A stretch of DNA of 63,740 bases, counting the filler, from Sluysia triapertura (lineage: Eukaryota): assembly GCA_046118255.1 (NCBI GenBank). It is 5 parts of 5 records of this genome, joined end to end, with 100 filler letters (N's around TTAATTAATTAA, not from the genome) between each part and the next. Parts side by side here need not be neighbours in the genome. Positions count along the whole stretch, not along the records: positions 1 to 15,939 come from JBJNIA010214365.1; positions 16,040 to 27,213 come from JBJNIA010187856.1; 3 more parts are not named here. The stretch is one strand, 5' to 3'. Numbering within the stretch: the stretch's first letter is position 1; every line of letters starts with the position of its first letter. The position numbers and the translations under genes were made by a program. The notes under the pieces were generated by a model. The model did not search any database, was not told the DNA's origin, and saw only the letters and a list, made by a program, of their open reading frames with translations. Positions 13,431 to 25,300 of the stretch are shown piece by piece.

Positions 13431-13994
13431 TAATATCGCTTGATATTAAAAGAGTTCTGGAATCTGAGGGAAAACGGCATAGTAAATAAGTAATATGATG
13501 ACGGTATTGGCGTTAATTGTTAGAAAGAGAAAGAAAATAAATAAAAATAAATTATGGAGTATCGTAAGAGCATGAACAAAGTTAAATGTGTTAAAAGAAA
13601 TTCCATTTAGTTTATTATTTAGAAATTTTAATTACAAATTTAATGATTTTTGATGTAACGAGTGCTATACGTGTTGAAAAAATTTGATTTTTAGTGTAGT
13701 GTGATGTATTAAAATTTTGTGTGAATATGTTATTATTATTATTGTTATTATAATACATTATTAGTGTAATAAAATATTAAAATTATTATAAAATCATAAA
13801 TATTTATTTAAAGTATTTAAAAAAATTTTTGAACAAATTAATATTTAAAATTTTTGTTTGAACAAATCAATGCTCAAAGTCAGTGCAAATAATTATATAA
13901 ACACAAAATTTGAAGATTCACAAATAATTATTTAGTTAATACAGTGTCAATTTAAAACCTTTCAAGGATCTATTATTACTCGAGGAAATTATAA

Positions 13995-14453
13995 CTTGAA
14001 GGATTAATCACATTGATATCGAATGTGAATTCCAAATTTGGTCGTTTAAAGTCATCTTATCGTTGTACCAAACCTCTATACATAAGTTATGTTAATGACA
14101 ACAAACATTATATGATGGCCCTCTGCCCACTTGCAACTACACCAACTGGTGAATGTTCAAAGTATGCTAGAAGATGTCACAGTCAATGAATTTAAAGATT
14201 TTGTCACTCATCCAGCAGATACAGTGGACATCAAGAGAGAATAAACAATCTTTTATCAAGTTTAGCTAGTTCGTCTCCAGTGCAATATTCTTCTACTTAT
14301 GTGGTCAATGTTTCCAATATCAATCATATTAGTTTCCTATCTGATCAAGTGACACTAGAGACAATAGTAAATTTTAAATGTGATTTGATCTATTTTAAAT
14401 TAGATCAAGTGGCATATACGAAAAATTTTTGGAATGAATTTAAAAAATTTTAG
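13995..14453 (+). pseudogene. Decayed ORF, possibly related to the nuclease-like cassettes
   Basis: One long frame with two stops: LEGLI...YRCTKPLYISYVNDNKHYMMALCP...CSKYARRCHSQ*. Confidence 0.25.
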
Positions 14454-15384
14454 TACAATTAGTGTTTATTGTGGTTTATTACATTTGATAAAGTTTAAAT
14501 TTTGATTTATAATGAAACCAATTTTATATCTTAATAATAGTTTTTAATAAAAATAATCATATTTCATCAATAAACATCATTAATCTAATGTTTGTGATAG
14601 ATTACATTAGACCATCACAACTTAATTTAAAAGTCAAAATAAATAATAAAGTCCGAAGTAATAAACAAGACTCGCTAATTGTATAATTATTATTATTACT
14701 GTTATTGTTATTATTACTTTAATATCACCAGACTGTAATTTATACAACTATTCATATTATTATTACTATTATTATGATTAGACACACAAAAAAATTCAAA
14801 AATTATAGAATTAAAATGTACTATTATATTGAATTAGAAATTAGAGTTGTAATAGACTATTATAAGAAATTTACATACATAAAAATTTATATTGGACAAA
14901 AATTATTGTATCATATAGCATAGACTATTATAATTTTAACATTAGATATTTAATATAACAAAAAATTTATAAAGAATCTATATAAAAAGAAGACATCCGT
15001 AATTTCAAATTATTCTACAACAACGATACAAGGAAGATACAACATAAACATTCATAACTTGAAATTATGAACCGTTTTTGGCTATAATTTGTAAACTTTG
15101 TTTTTCTTTTAAATTCCTAATAAATCAACTGAGAGCAGTGCCACTAGTAAATTTTTCATTAGCATCGGAACGAGTATTAGAACTCCCATCTCTCGATACT
15201 AATAAAACATTGAGTAATTGGAAGATATAGAATAGCGACAAGTAATAAGTAGGAACATTGATAAATACTAGTAGACGTTGAATGTTCATAAGATTATAAG
15301 AAAAAGAATAAATAAATGCATATAAACATTTGCGCTGGAAATTCGTCGACTTACATTTATAAAGAATACATTCAAATATATTTT

Positions 15385-15934
15385 TCAGTCTGTGACAAGA
15401 CTTAAATCGTGCAAATTAAGTTTTTGGAATTGTGATTTAAATAAAATTAATAAATCTAACAGTTGCATAAAACAATTAAACAAATCGGTGGTCATCCATG
15501 CTTTCGAATTTACGTGGTAATTACAGTATCTTGCAACATTAAATCTTTTTAAACATCTTGGTTTCTTGCTATGTCCAATAACAAAAGGTGTAATTTTAAT
15601 TGATCCACCAGCATTTGAACATAAAGCTATGGTCATACTAACTTTAGATTGTTTTGTCATTTTCTTCACTTGATGAAATCGTTCTTGTAAGAAATGCTTG
15701 AAAAAAAGTCCAGTTTCACTCATATTGAGCATAACTCTGGGTCAATTCATGTCATTTTTCCAACCATTTTTTTCTATGGGCTGAAATATCAAAATCATTC
15801 ATTGAATTTTCTTCTTCATGGAGAACTTTCAATTTCAGATTAAATCTATAGAACCATCCTTTGTTGAATTGCAGGTCATCAACATTTAGTTTTTGTCCAA
15901 ATTCCTTTGCTTTTATAATAATTTCATCAATCAC
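15385..15934 (-). mobile_element. Tigger/pogo (CENP-B-like DDE_1) transposase remnant
   Basis: FNKGWFYRF (HTH), NMSETGLFFK, VIGHSKKPRC, NSKAWMTTDLF; truncated by contig end. Confidence 0.92.
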
Positions 15935-15939
15935 GTAAC

Positions 15940-16039
15940 NNNNNNNNNNNNNNNNNNNNNNNNNNNNNNNNNNNNNNNNNNNNTTAATTAATTAANNNNN
16001 NNNNNNNNNNNNNNNNNNNNNNNNNNNNNNNNNNNNNNN
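15940..16039. other. Artificial contig-joining spacer
   Basis: 44 N + TTAATTAATTAA (stops in all six frames) + 44 N. Confidence 0.97.
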
Positions 16040-16666
16040 GACTTTTAGAATCAGTAAATTACAACTATACATTTTATATTTAAAAACTGACAAACAAAAT
16101 CTAATTAAGTTAATTGCATTGAGCAAAAGGAAACATCTATTTTTAATGAAGAATTCCTCCATTATTCGAAATTCATATTCCACTAAGTCGTGTTGCCCCC
16201 AGCCGTTCCAGATTTTAATTTTGTAATCTAAAATACAGAATGATAAAGATAAAAAGTCAAATCTTACGCATGAATTCTTACCATGTACCATCTTTCTCGT
16301 AAACTTAAACGGACGCACTGTAGTTGTTATTGAATATCTTGGAGTAACGGTTTCCTTTCTTAAAAGTAATGGTTCCATCGGTTTCCGATTAACTGTTTTC
16401 AACGGATACTTCTTAGATCGTGACGAACATACAGAAAATTTCACAACTGATAGATATAATAGAATATTTGATTCTTCATCAACACCTATAATGAATGAAA
16501 TAGTTAATGATCTAGTTCCTTTTGGTTGATCTTGAAGAATTCTTTTATTAATTATGTACTTATTCCTTCTAAGCAATAGACTTGATTTAGTTTTTCTTCT
16601 ACATATGAATAGATTATAAATCATCAGAAAAACACCCTTTGACACGAATAATTGTTCCTGATTCAT
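16040..16666 (-). CDS. Uncharacterised ORF, putative DnaQ/DEDD-like nuclease; runs into the gap
   Basis: Open for more than 200 codons; blocks FIIGVDEESNILLYLSVVK, RPFKFTRKMVHGKNS and WNGWGQHD are shared with 34524-35030. Confidence 0.45.
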
Positions 16667-16927
16667 TTCATTGATAACGTAGTTTAGACATAAATCATTA
16701 GTGATTTACAACATGTTGATAATCTAAAAATATTTTATAACAATTTATGTTTATAATAAAACAAGGAAATGGAATTTTAGAATCGCTCATGATTATATTA
16801 CTCGAAAAAGAAACTTTTGATATAACAATCAAACGGGTAAATTTTAGTCGATTGAGGTTAGCAATTGAATCAATATCATCTTTTTGGTTTGGTCTATGAG
16901 CTTTACCAATTTTACAGCAACTTATAG

Positions 16928-17227
16928 CTAGTCTCTTATTACAATTCTTATTTCATCTTTTTCTTTATCGTCCATCCAAAATGCTTTAGTGCAAAGATGA
17001 TCTTGATCTGGGATGGGTGAGTCTTCATCAAAACTGCTCTGACTCTGTAAAATACTGTTAAAATTATTTGGATCATGATTGGAAACATTATAAAAGGTAG
17101 CTGCTTGATTCTGAACTTTTCTACGATTACAAAAAGGTACTATCACGTAACCATTTGAAACTTGTTCAGCTTTTTGCTTTAGGTCTTGCGAATTTTCACC
17201 AAACTCATTCGATTTTGGTAACATCAT
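16928..17227 (-). CDS. Uncharacterised 99-aa ORF, 5' part of the same cassette
   Basis: Lies just downstream of two hairpins/CCAAT boxes (17345-17490), same strand as 16040-16666. Confidence 0.35.
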   Translation of the reverse strand: MMLPKSNEFGENSQDLKQKAEQVSNGYVIVPFCNRRKVQNQAATFYNVSNHDPNNFNSILQSQSSFDEDSPIPDQDHLCTKAFWMDDKEKDEIRIVIRD

Positions 17228-17344
17228 TACATAAATCAGTTAGATTAAACAAGATTTTTAATTTTTTGATTTAAAGTTTTATAATTTGCTTTTTTTGCAG
17301 TAAATAAAACTTTTGATGTTGCTTTCTGTAAATTTTGGTTGGTT

Positions 17345-17490
17345 ATCCAATCACGACTTTAAAAATTTACAGTAAATAATGTGAGTCATGATTGGATGTT
17401 GGTGTAGCAGAATAACATGTGGTAATGAACCATCATCAATATTGACATGTTAATAAAAATGACGAATAAAGTGTCACTATTGATGATGGT
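17345..17490 (-). promoter_or_regulatory. Two adjacent inverted repeats, one with paired CCAAT boxes, heading a gene cassette
   Basis: Arms 17345-17358/17384-17397 (13/14 match, 25-nt spacer) and 17429-17447/17472-17490 (18/19 match, 24-nt spacer). Confidence 0.6.
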
Positions 17491-17937
17491 GACAATTAAA
17501 ATGATTTAATAATATTGTTATTATTATTATTATCAAATAAAATTAAATCACATAAATCTTTCTCTTAAAATTACATAATCTTGGCTTTCAAATTCTTTAT
17601 TGCTTCTAACATATTAAATCAAAAGGAATTAGTAATATGTGAAGGAGCAACATAATATGATATACCATGGTTAAATTATCGTTGCTGCCTTCCACAAAGA
17701 AATGAATTCTTTAAGACGATATTAGAATTATTTTGAATCTTTGAAGATGAAAAATGATTTCAGCTGTAAGTGAAACAAAGAATATTAGAATAAATTCTTG
17801 AGATTTATTTAAGTTTTGTAATTAAAAATACGATTTATGCATTGAATGTAATGGTTTAAAAGGTTTGTTAAAAGGTTATAGTTTATTTGATTTAAAAGAC
17901 TATTACAAAATACATCTTGGCGTATTTACACTGTTGT

Positions 17938-19200
17938 TGTAGAATGTTAATAATGGTTGTGTAGTTGAAATGGGTTTGAATTAGTTGTAATGTAAATGTT
18001 TTCTATGTTTCAGGTATTTGTTAATGTTGTTGAATGGTGTCATTGTATTTGTAACTTAAATATTATGTGTTGTGGTTTTGATTTGGTTTGAGAGAATGAC
18101 TATTGCGTGGATGTTATGGATTGTTTCGTATTAATTATCAAAGTATGGTGTGAGATGAATGGTTGAGAGTATTAGACGAGTTGTTTAAGAAGTATATGTT
18201 GTTGAATTATTATAAATGTCGAATGTTGTTTATGATGAATCAGTTAATGTAATTCGATAATATGAAATGTGATTGATTTAGATGTTATGTTTTTTGTAAA
18301 CTGATTGTTGTGATTTGATAATGTTAAGTATGATTAACATTTAAAAATTGTGAGATTTTTAGAAAATTTAGAATTGTGGATGTTGGTCACTACAGTTTGT
18401 ATGGTATGAGACCGTTGTGAAGACTTAAGATGCCTTGAAGCATGAGATACCTTTGAACTTCCGAACCTTTGGATCATTGAGACCTTGTTGATCTTTTGGA
18501 ATCTTTGAAGACGTTTATGACCTTAATAAACTTTTGAGATCTTCGAGTAACCTTGTAAAATGTTTTGAGCCTTTGAAATGTTCAAGAACTAAAATCATGA
18601 TTCATAATATTAAGGATAAATTTAATAAGTTAATAATTTAAGTAAAAAAAGTAGAAGAAGGAATTAGAGCGGTGAAGTATTTAGCAATTTTATAACCGTA
18701 ATGAAACCTTTAAACTTAGAATAAATTAAGTTAAAATAATTAATTAATTAAATAAAATCTTAATTAACTTAATTAGGAAAAATTACGTTTGTGTGAATAA
18801 CTTCTGAATGAGGAAGGCTATGTTAAAATTGTAACTGTACTTGTATGTGTTTCAAAGAGACCTTCAGATGAAGATAACGTTTGACCGAGTTCATGCTAGG
18901 AAAGCCTCTATATTGAGAAAAGTCGAATTTTAATAAATTTTTAATTTAAAATGCTAAAAGAAAAGTTTCATATTTAGAATGTTGAAAAGATAATGAATGG
19001 AATATGAGATTATCGCTTTGAAATAGGATAATCCTAAAATGAGATCGAAATGTTTGTAAAATTGTTTGTTTGGGAATGAGAACCTTAAACATTTTCCATT
19101 AAAAATTTGAGTGTAAGGAATTAAAAATTAATTAAAGTGTTAAAACTAAAGTTAAATTCATCACTTTTAAGTATGTCAATAATAATAATAATTGTTATTT
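17938..19200 (+). mobile_element. Probable LTR (17938-18394) with degenerate internal sequence
   Basis: TGTAG...CTACA termini followed within 7 nt by a PBS-like TGGTATGAGACC; decayed coding-like sequence follows; no TSD. Confidence 0.45.
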
Positions 19201-19233
19201 TAATGTAAGGTCGAATAGAGTAGAAGAAAAATG

Positions 19234-19445
19234 ATAGTTGATTGTTGTAGAGAAATCATATAAAATTCATTACACTTCATCACATAAAAACATCTCATAC
19301 ATACATAGAACATTAAACAAACTACTTAACTCATTCAACAAACATAACCATTGTACATAATTATCATGAACTATAATTATTGTTATTATAATTCCAGTCG
19401 TAATAAAAAATATAATAATTATTAGGATTATTGTCGTATAATATG
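19234..19445 (+). repeat. Dispersed repeat, copy 1 (copy 2 at 63395-63609)
   Basis: Colinear blocks CATCACATAAAAACATCTC, AAACATAACCATTGTA, TCATGAACTA. Confidence 0.85.
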
Positions 19446-19626
19446 ATTTCCACGATTGTCACATAATAACTTTCAAATTAACATCAACAATACCATTATT
19501 TTTAAATATATAGTAAGTATGTTATCGTTATCATTATTATTTCTTTTATCTTTATCATCAATTTTTCTTCTTATTCCTGTGTTCTTCTGAACATATACAT
19601 ATTTATGTATGTGTGTATCTGATAAG

Positions 19627-19728
19627 GTACATGCCAATTTAATTAAAACAGCTATTCAAGAATCACCTGAACAACAATTAACCTTAAGCGAGATATATAA
19701 CTAGATGCAAACTGAATTCATGTATATT
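19627..19728 (+). pseudogene. FoxP: FoxP-type forkhead domain fragment
   Basis: HANLIKTAIQESPEQQLTLSEIYN*MQTEFMY versus FoxP YASLIRQAI.ESPEKQLTLNEIYNWF...F.YF; conserved Trp is TAG (19702-19704). Confidence 0.85.
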
Positions 19729-20721
19729 GATTTAACTATAAATCCATATTATGTTGGTCACCGCAAGAATTAGGTCCAAATTGGCAAATTTATGCCGAAA
19801 CCTATTGTTGGATTAGTGGTACTTATTTATCTAGCAAAGTACATAAATCGAGTCAATCAACTAACTCTGATTCTAACTCTGTCAAAATCATAAGTTATTA
19901 TCAGTGGTTTTGCAATAGGTTTGTTGCTACATTTTGTTTTATGCACAATACCAAGCTACATGTGGAATAATGTATCGCAAATTATTGAACTATTGTGGCT
20001 AAATCGCAAAACTGAATATTCTCGAGAAATTCTGAAAATGAAATCCGTAGAAGCTGAAAATCGTGCTGTAGATATATTATCAAAGGAAATAAACGAAAGT
20101 TTAAAGATTTACGAAAGAAATTACCAATCTTTGTCCAAATCAGTATGGTCAATATTTTGCTACAGATATAATCTTTGATCTAGCATATTTCTCTTCTACT
20201 TGATAATAAAAGTATTATTATTATTTCATACCACGAAGTCATCGGATTTCCGAGTAATATTTGATTTATTTCTATAATAAAATACTGAAGTTCATTTTAA
20301 TTGAAAACAGTCTATTAACACAATTCTCCTCACAACGGAAACGACTCCAAGTAATGTGGGTAATACTAAAACAAAGAATATCAAAGAATCAAATATTAGA
20401 TACTATTTTCACAAGGTAAAAATTGTAGGTGAACTAAATTTGTGAGCAGGTTATGAACTGATTCTCAGCTAGAAAAAAGAAGAAATTATGTGATCGATTT
20501 CATTGAATATAAAAATTGGTGGGATTTTATTTCATAGTTATTTTCATTATTTTAAAAACGTTATACTTCTTCATATGCATTAATTGATAAATAAATGGAT
20601 ATTAAATTATGTAGTTCAAGTGGAAAATGGAGAAGAATGTGATACAAGATTTATCATTACAGAGATAACTTAAAATAAGTACTTACGGCTCTATCCAACC
20701 ACCAGATTGTTTCCTAGAAAT

Positions 20722-20878
20722 TGTTAGACTTCATAAAATGGACTGACCGGGGATCGAACCTGGGACCTTCGCTGCGCAGTTCGATTGCCCTACCACTGAG
20801 CTATCAACCCCATCTAACAATTTTATTTTATTATAGTCAATTTTACCAAATGGCACCTTAGGCCTTTTTGCCCCAACA
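20722..20878 (-). mobile_element. 157-bp solo-LTR-like element containing a tRNA-like gene
   Basis: TGTT...AACA termini; AAAT 4-bp TSD on both sides; splits the innexin right after FPR. Confidence 0.85.
20739..20810 (-). ncRNA. tRNA-like Pol III unit with aberrant anticodon arm
   Basis: GGGTTGA-TAGCTCAGTGGTAGGGC...GGTTCGATCCCCGG-TCAGTCC-A-TTTT: A box, B box, 7-bp acceptor stem, T4 terminator. Confidence 0.8.
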
Positions 20879-21597
20879 AAATTATATAATAAAAAATATT
20901 AATATTAATTTGCTGTAAAAAAATAATCAATACAAATATACATTTGTGAAAATTTCTTCCTTTCATTACGTTGTCGGATTTTTAATACTAGTAACATTAA
21001 TAGCAAATAATTTGAAGTACAAATTAACATCGCTTTGAATTTATGTATATTTATGATTTACTAAGATCTTAGTATATACTGTATTGTAAATTAATAACCG
21101 AAGGATTATTTTAAATTTTATTATTTATATTTATGAATAGTCGAAAACAATCGGTTAAATCAGTTCATCAATTAACTCAAGATGAAATTCAAGCTACATA
21201 TTTTTTTCACTCCATTTATCTAGAATAAAAACGAAATAATCAAATTTGGATATTTCATAGTACTTCATTGTGGTGTTGTATTAATATTTATTTTATTATA
21301 TACACTATCGAAAATGATTAATTTTTCAATTTATGATCACGAATTTTTTCCATTCCTTCAAGTCAATTTTCTCTTGTTTTGTATTATCAGCCTTAGTATG
21401 TTTCTCATATCATACGGATTCATATTATACGGCATTTTTATTATGGCTAGAGACATTTTTATCTGATAAACAAAAAATAGATTTTAATTTAAAATATTCA
21501 ACCTATACAATGTATAATATAGTTCAATTTTCAAATATCGATAATTTTGGAAACGCGTGATCCTTTACCTTGTATCTACCACCAATTTTTTAATTGT

Positions 21598-21870
21598 TGT
21601 AGGTATGATTATATGTGTTTTTACAACATTTTATCGTTTTATTAATAAACTTTTAAACTTTGTTGATATTTTGTTAAAATTTTTATCTTTAAAAGGCCTT
21701 AAGCCTAGTTCATTAATTAAGAAGTTTAATATTGTGTTAATTGTTTTAAAGTTAAATTGTAATTGTTTTTTATTAGGGAAATTTTTTTATCTTTTTTAAT
21801 ATAAATTTAAAAATAAAGTTGAATATTTATAATAAATTTCTAATATTTAAATCTAAAAGCCCTCCTCACA
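21598..21870 (+). mobile_element. Solo LTR, 273 bp
   Basis: TGT...ACA termini flanked by a perfect 5-bp TSD ATTGT; related copy at about 1215-1513. Confidence 0.8.
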
Positions 21871-22284
21871 ATTGTTAATCGAATTGTTATGTTTTGAATG
21901 ACAAGTCGTACCATGTAAATGGCAAAGTCATTTTAGTCGGTTTAATCTTTAAAAGAGGTTTTGATTATTTGTGTAAGAGTAATTCTTGACTGAGAATGTA
22001 GAAATGATTGGATGACAAAAAAGGTATAAATTAGAATACTTAGGCATTCGCAAGAGGCCACGAAAAAGAATATCAATGCTTTTGGTAATGTTTTTTAAAA
22101 TTTTTTTATTTAAAATAAATATTAATTTTAATCAAGACTCTTTTGCCATAATATTTTAAATTTTATTATTGATCTAGTTAAAATAAATATAATTTTGCAG
22201 TAATCTTCTTACTTAATATTAATAACTATTACCCCCAAAATTAAGCTCTTAAAAATCAAATCAAAAATAAGACAATAATATACC

Positions 22285-22370
22285 GGTAAGCCTTATTCTA
22301 ATATTGTTAATATTTAATAAAATTATATGATAATTAATTAAATATTAACAATACTAAAATAAGGCTTGCC
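22285..22370. repeat. Hairpin with 34-bp stem
   Basis: GGTAAGCCTTATTCTAATATTGTTAATATTTAAT matches the reverse complement of 22337-22370 at 31/34. Confidence 0.85.
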
Positions 22371-25300
22371 ATTTAATTGTATTTTTAAACTTCCAAAAAT
22401 TTTAATTTCCAAATAAAAATAGTTTCAAATTACAAATAAAATTACAAAATTAAATCATAAATTATAAAAATAATCAATATAAAAATATTCAATTAAAAAT
22501 GGTTATAGGTAAAAATGAACGTCTCAATGATCAAATGATTCATACAAATCATAACATAACATATACATATATATTTTTAGGGAACAAAAATAAATATTAA
22601 TTTATATTTCGCTTATTGGAGTTATAAATGTAATAATATTTGTATTAAGTATTAACATACAGCGATCATTTACATTTTATATTTTCGTCGTTGCCTTGAC
22701 CGTTTTTATTGATTCTTATTGTTCTTATGTACAATAACAAATTCAGTATCAGCTAAATTATTTACCATATTTCTCACTCTATACAAAATTTGAAAAATAA
22801 TTAATTTATCTGATTAATTAATTTATTGTATTAATACTAAAATAAAATTCAAATTTCAAGGTAGAAATCCTTCATACTTTTTATATTTTATCGATTTTTT
22901 TTTGTATTTTCTATTTTCCTGTTTATATTAATTTTAAATGTCTTTTTGACGAAAAAGTCAATAATTAGTTTGTCTTAAATATTTTATTTTTATTTTTATT
23001 CCATTATGTAAAGCTATTATATTTAGAAATCACTTTGTTGAATTTATTAATTAATATAAAAAAAGAATCAAATAATGAATATTTAAAAATTATTTAAACA
23101 ATTTAATAAATGAATAGAAAATTAATTAAACAATAATTATAAAATTTTAAAAAGTGACCAATGTGGACTACATTATCGCAAAATATGTGAAAAAAACTCA
23201 CGAAAAATTGTGATTAATCTTCGTGAGTGAACTGAAAGAAAAAATTTTTCTACATAACCAATGAGATGGAATTTCTATTTTAAAAATAATTATTGGAAAA
23301 TTTTCATTCAAAAATTCTTATTTTTATCGAAAAGTATTAATATACAATTTTTATAGTTCAGATATAGAAATATTTTCTTGATCGTAAGATGTTTCCGTGA
23401 TTTTTTTCAGATTTCAATAATATCAATAATGATTTTAAATATATCTTTATCTATTACTTATTGTTGTCGGCATAATTATAATGTTTTGAAAATTGTATAT
23501 AATGTGCAATATTTTATGATAAAATCGAATCTTTTTTATTTTTGGAAAGACCAATGCTAAATAAAGCATATATCAAAATAATTGATTTAATTTCATACCA
23601 TGATAAATCATTTTATTTCAACTCTATATAAAATTTGCGACTTTAAAATTGATTGGAATTTATGTTACATTTTCAAAATTGCCCTTTAAAACTGATTTAT
23701 AATTAAAAATTAAAACAAAATATGATTTATAATTTTAAAATGAATTTTAGAGAATTTTGTCACATTAATTATTTTTATTTTAATTAGTCCAAAATCTAAA
23801 CGTACAGTATTATTTTAGCTTCATAAAAATTACCTGGAATGCAAATTAATAAAAGTATTACTAAAATTATACATTATTTAATTAGGTATATTAAAATTAG
23901 TTTTAAAATTGAAAATTTTGTTAAGTAATTAAATTAAAGTTGCATAAAAATTAAGCCTAAAATACATTTTATGAGTTTTAATTGCGTGCAAAGAATGATT
24001 AATTTGTACGAATATTGAAAATAACAGAATTTAAATAGTTGCAATTAAAAAGATTTCTATACATATTTAATGTTGAATAGCTCAAATTTAACGGTATATT
24101 CTTTAAATATTCCATGCAATTATTAAAAACACATAATTTTAACGAGTAAATTTATTTTATTAATATTTATCATTTTTAGATACATTGAACATTACATCTT
24201 TTTCAGAGTCATTAAACTCATTAATTCATAATTTTCCTTGATATTTTTATTGTTAATCATATTTTAATTTCTAAATTTTTGATTTTTATAAAATTTATAA
24301 AGAAATAAATATTAATGCAATAAATAGTGCAAAGTATATTAAAATTAAGAATAAAAGAACAATAAAACAATAACAATTATAATTAATATATAATTTTACA
24401 TGGATTCAAAAATGAACATAGAAGAGAATATTTATTGTATTGTTAAATACCAATAAAAATATAAATATTAGAAAATTTATTAACATTATTTTAATAATAA
24501 TAATCATAATCATAATTATAAAATTAATAATATTATATCGCACTCAGATCCGTGAAGAAAATTCAAAATTGTAATTTTTACTGAATCATTCAGCAAAACA
24601 AATTTTTCAAGTAAGAAGATTTCTTTTAAAGAAGTGTATTATCTGCTAAAATTTTCTAAATATCTCTTGGAAATCTTAAAATAAATGTTTTTAAGATATC
24701 AAAATTTATACAGAACCTACAGTGATAATAAGGTATATTATAGGTGGTATACCGATTATGTTTCAAAAATATAAAAGCAACTATCGACAAATGTTAAGTT
24801 ACTGGAAAATTAAGAAATATTTATTTTTCGTATCTTTGATTTATTAGATTTATATAAATTAATATATTTTATTATTAATTCTTTATTAGAATTTTCGTAT
24901 TCTATTCAGTCTTTCAGTAATCTGTAAAAATAATTTAAATAATTAAATATTCAGATTTAATGAAAAATCTGTACAGTTTTAAGAAAGCTTGTAAATTGTT
25001 AGAATTGGATCATCTCATACTAAAAATAACATATGAAATTATATCTCATCCGTTGTACTCAGATATTATTTCTCCTGAAAAATAGACGTCGCATCACGAC
25101 GATCCTGAAGAGGACTTTCATATAATCAGATGATGTCAATTTTTTCATACTGGAATAAAACATCTAAAGTGACATAAAAATACATAAATTGTGATGATGC
25201 TTATTTTGATTAATAAGTTATTTAGAAATTATTCAATTTTAATTTTTAAATAAAATTAAATTATAAATCGAAAAATAAAATAATTGTTTATATTTATTTA

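Larger units (their letters stand above)
19731..21230 (+). pseudogene. Innexin pseudogene, 5'-truncated and frameshifted, interrupted by the tRNA-LTR element
   Basis: ILCWSPQELGPNWQIYAETYCWISGTY; ISYYQW then +1 frameshift to AIGLLLHFVLCTIPSYMW; YLIIKVLL; TRLFPR at about 20700-20720; TM4-like FLILVTLIA; 3' end approximate. Confidence 0.9.

Noticed and set aside
20739-20810. Functional tRNA gene
   Set aside because: Anticodon stem does not pair and the copies differ there; it sits inside a mobile unit
23157-23262. CCAAT boxes with an ACTCACGAA/TTCGTGAGT inverted repeat (similar loose repeat at about 43470-43530)
   Set aside because: Shorter arms, different spacer and no recognisable ORF, so not counted in the 22-25-nt class
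24540-25135. Exon-like segments, possibly BTB-related
   Set aside because: In-frame stops and no convincing motif
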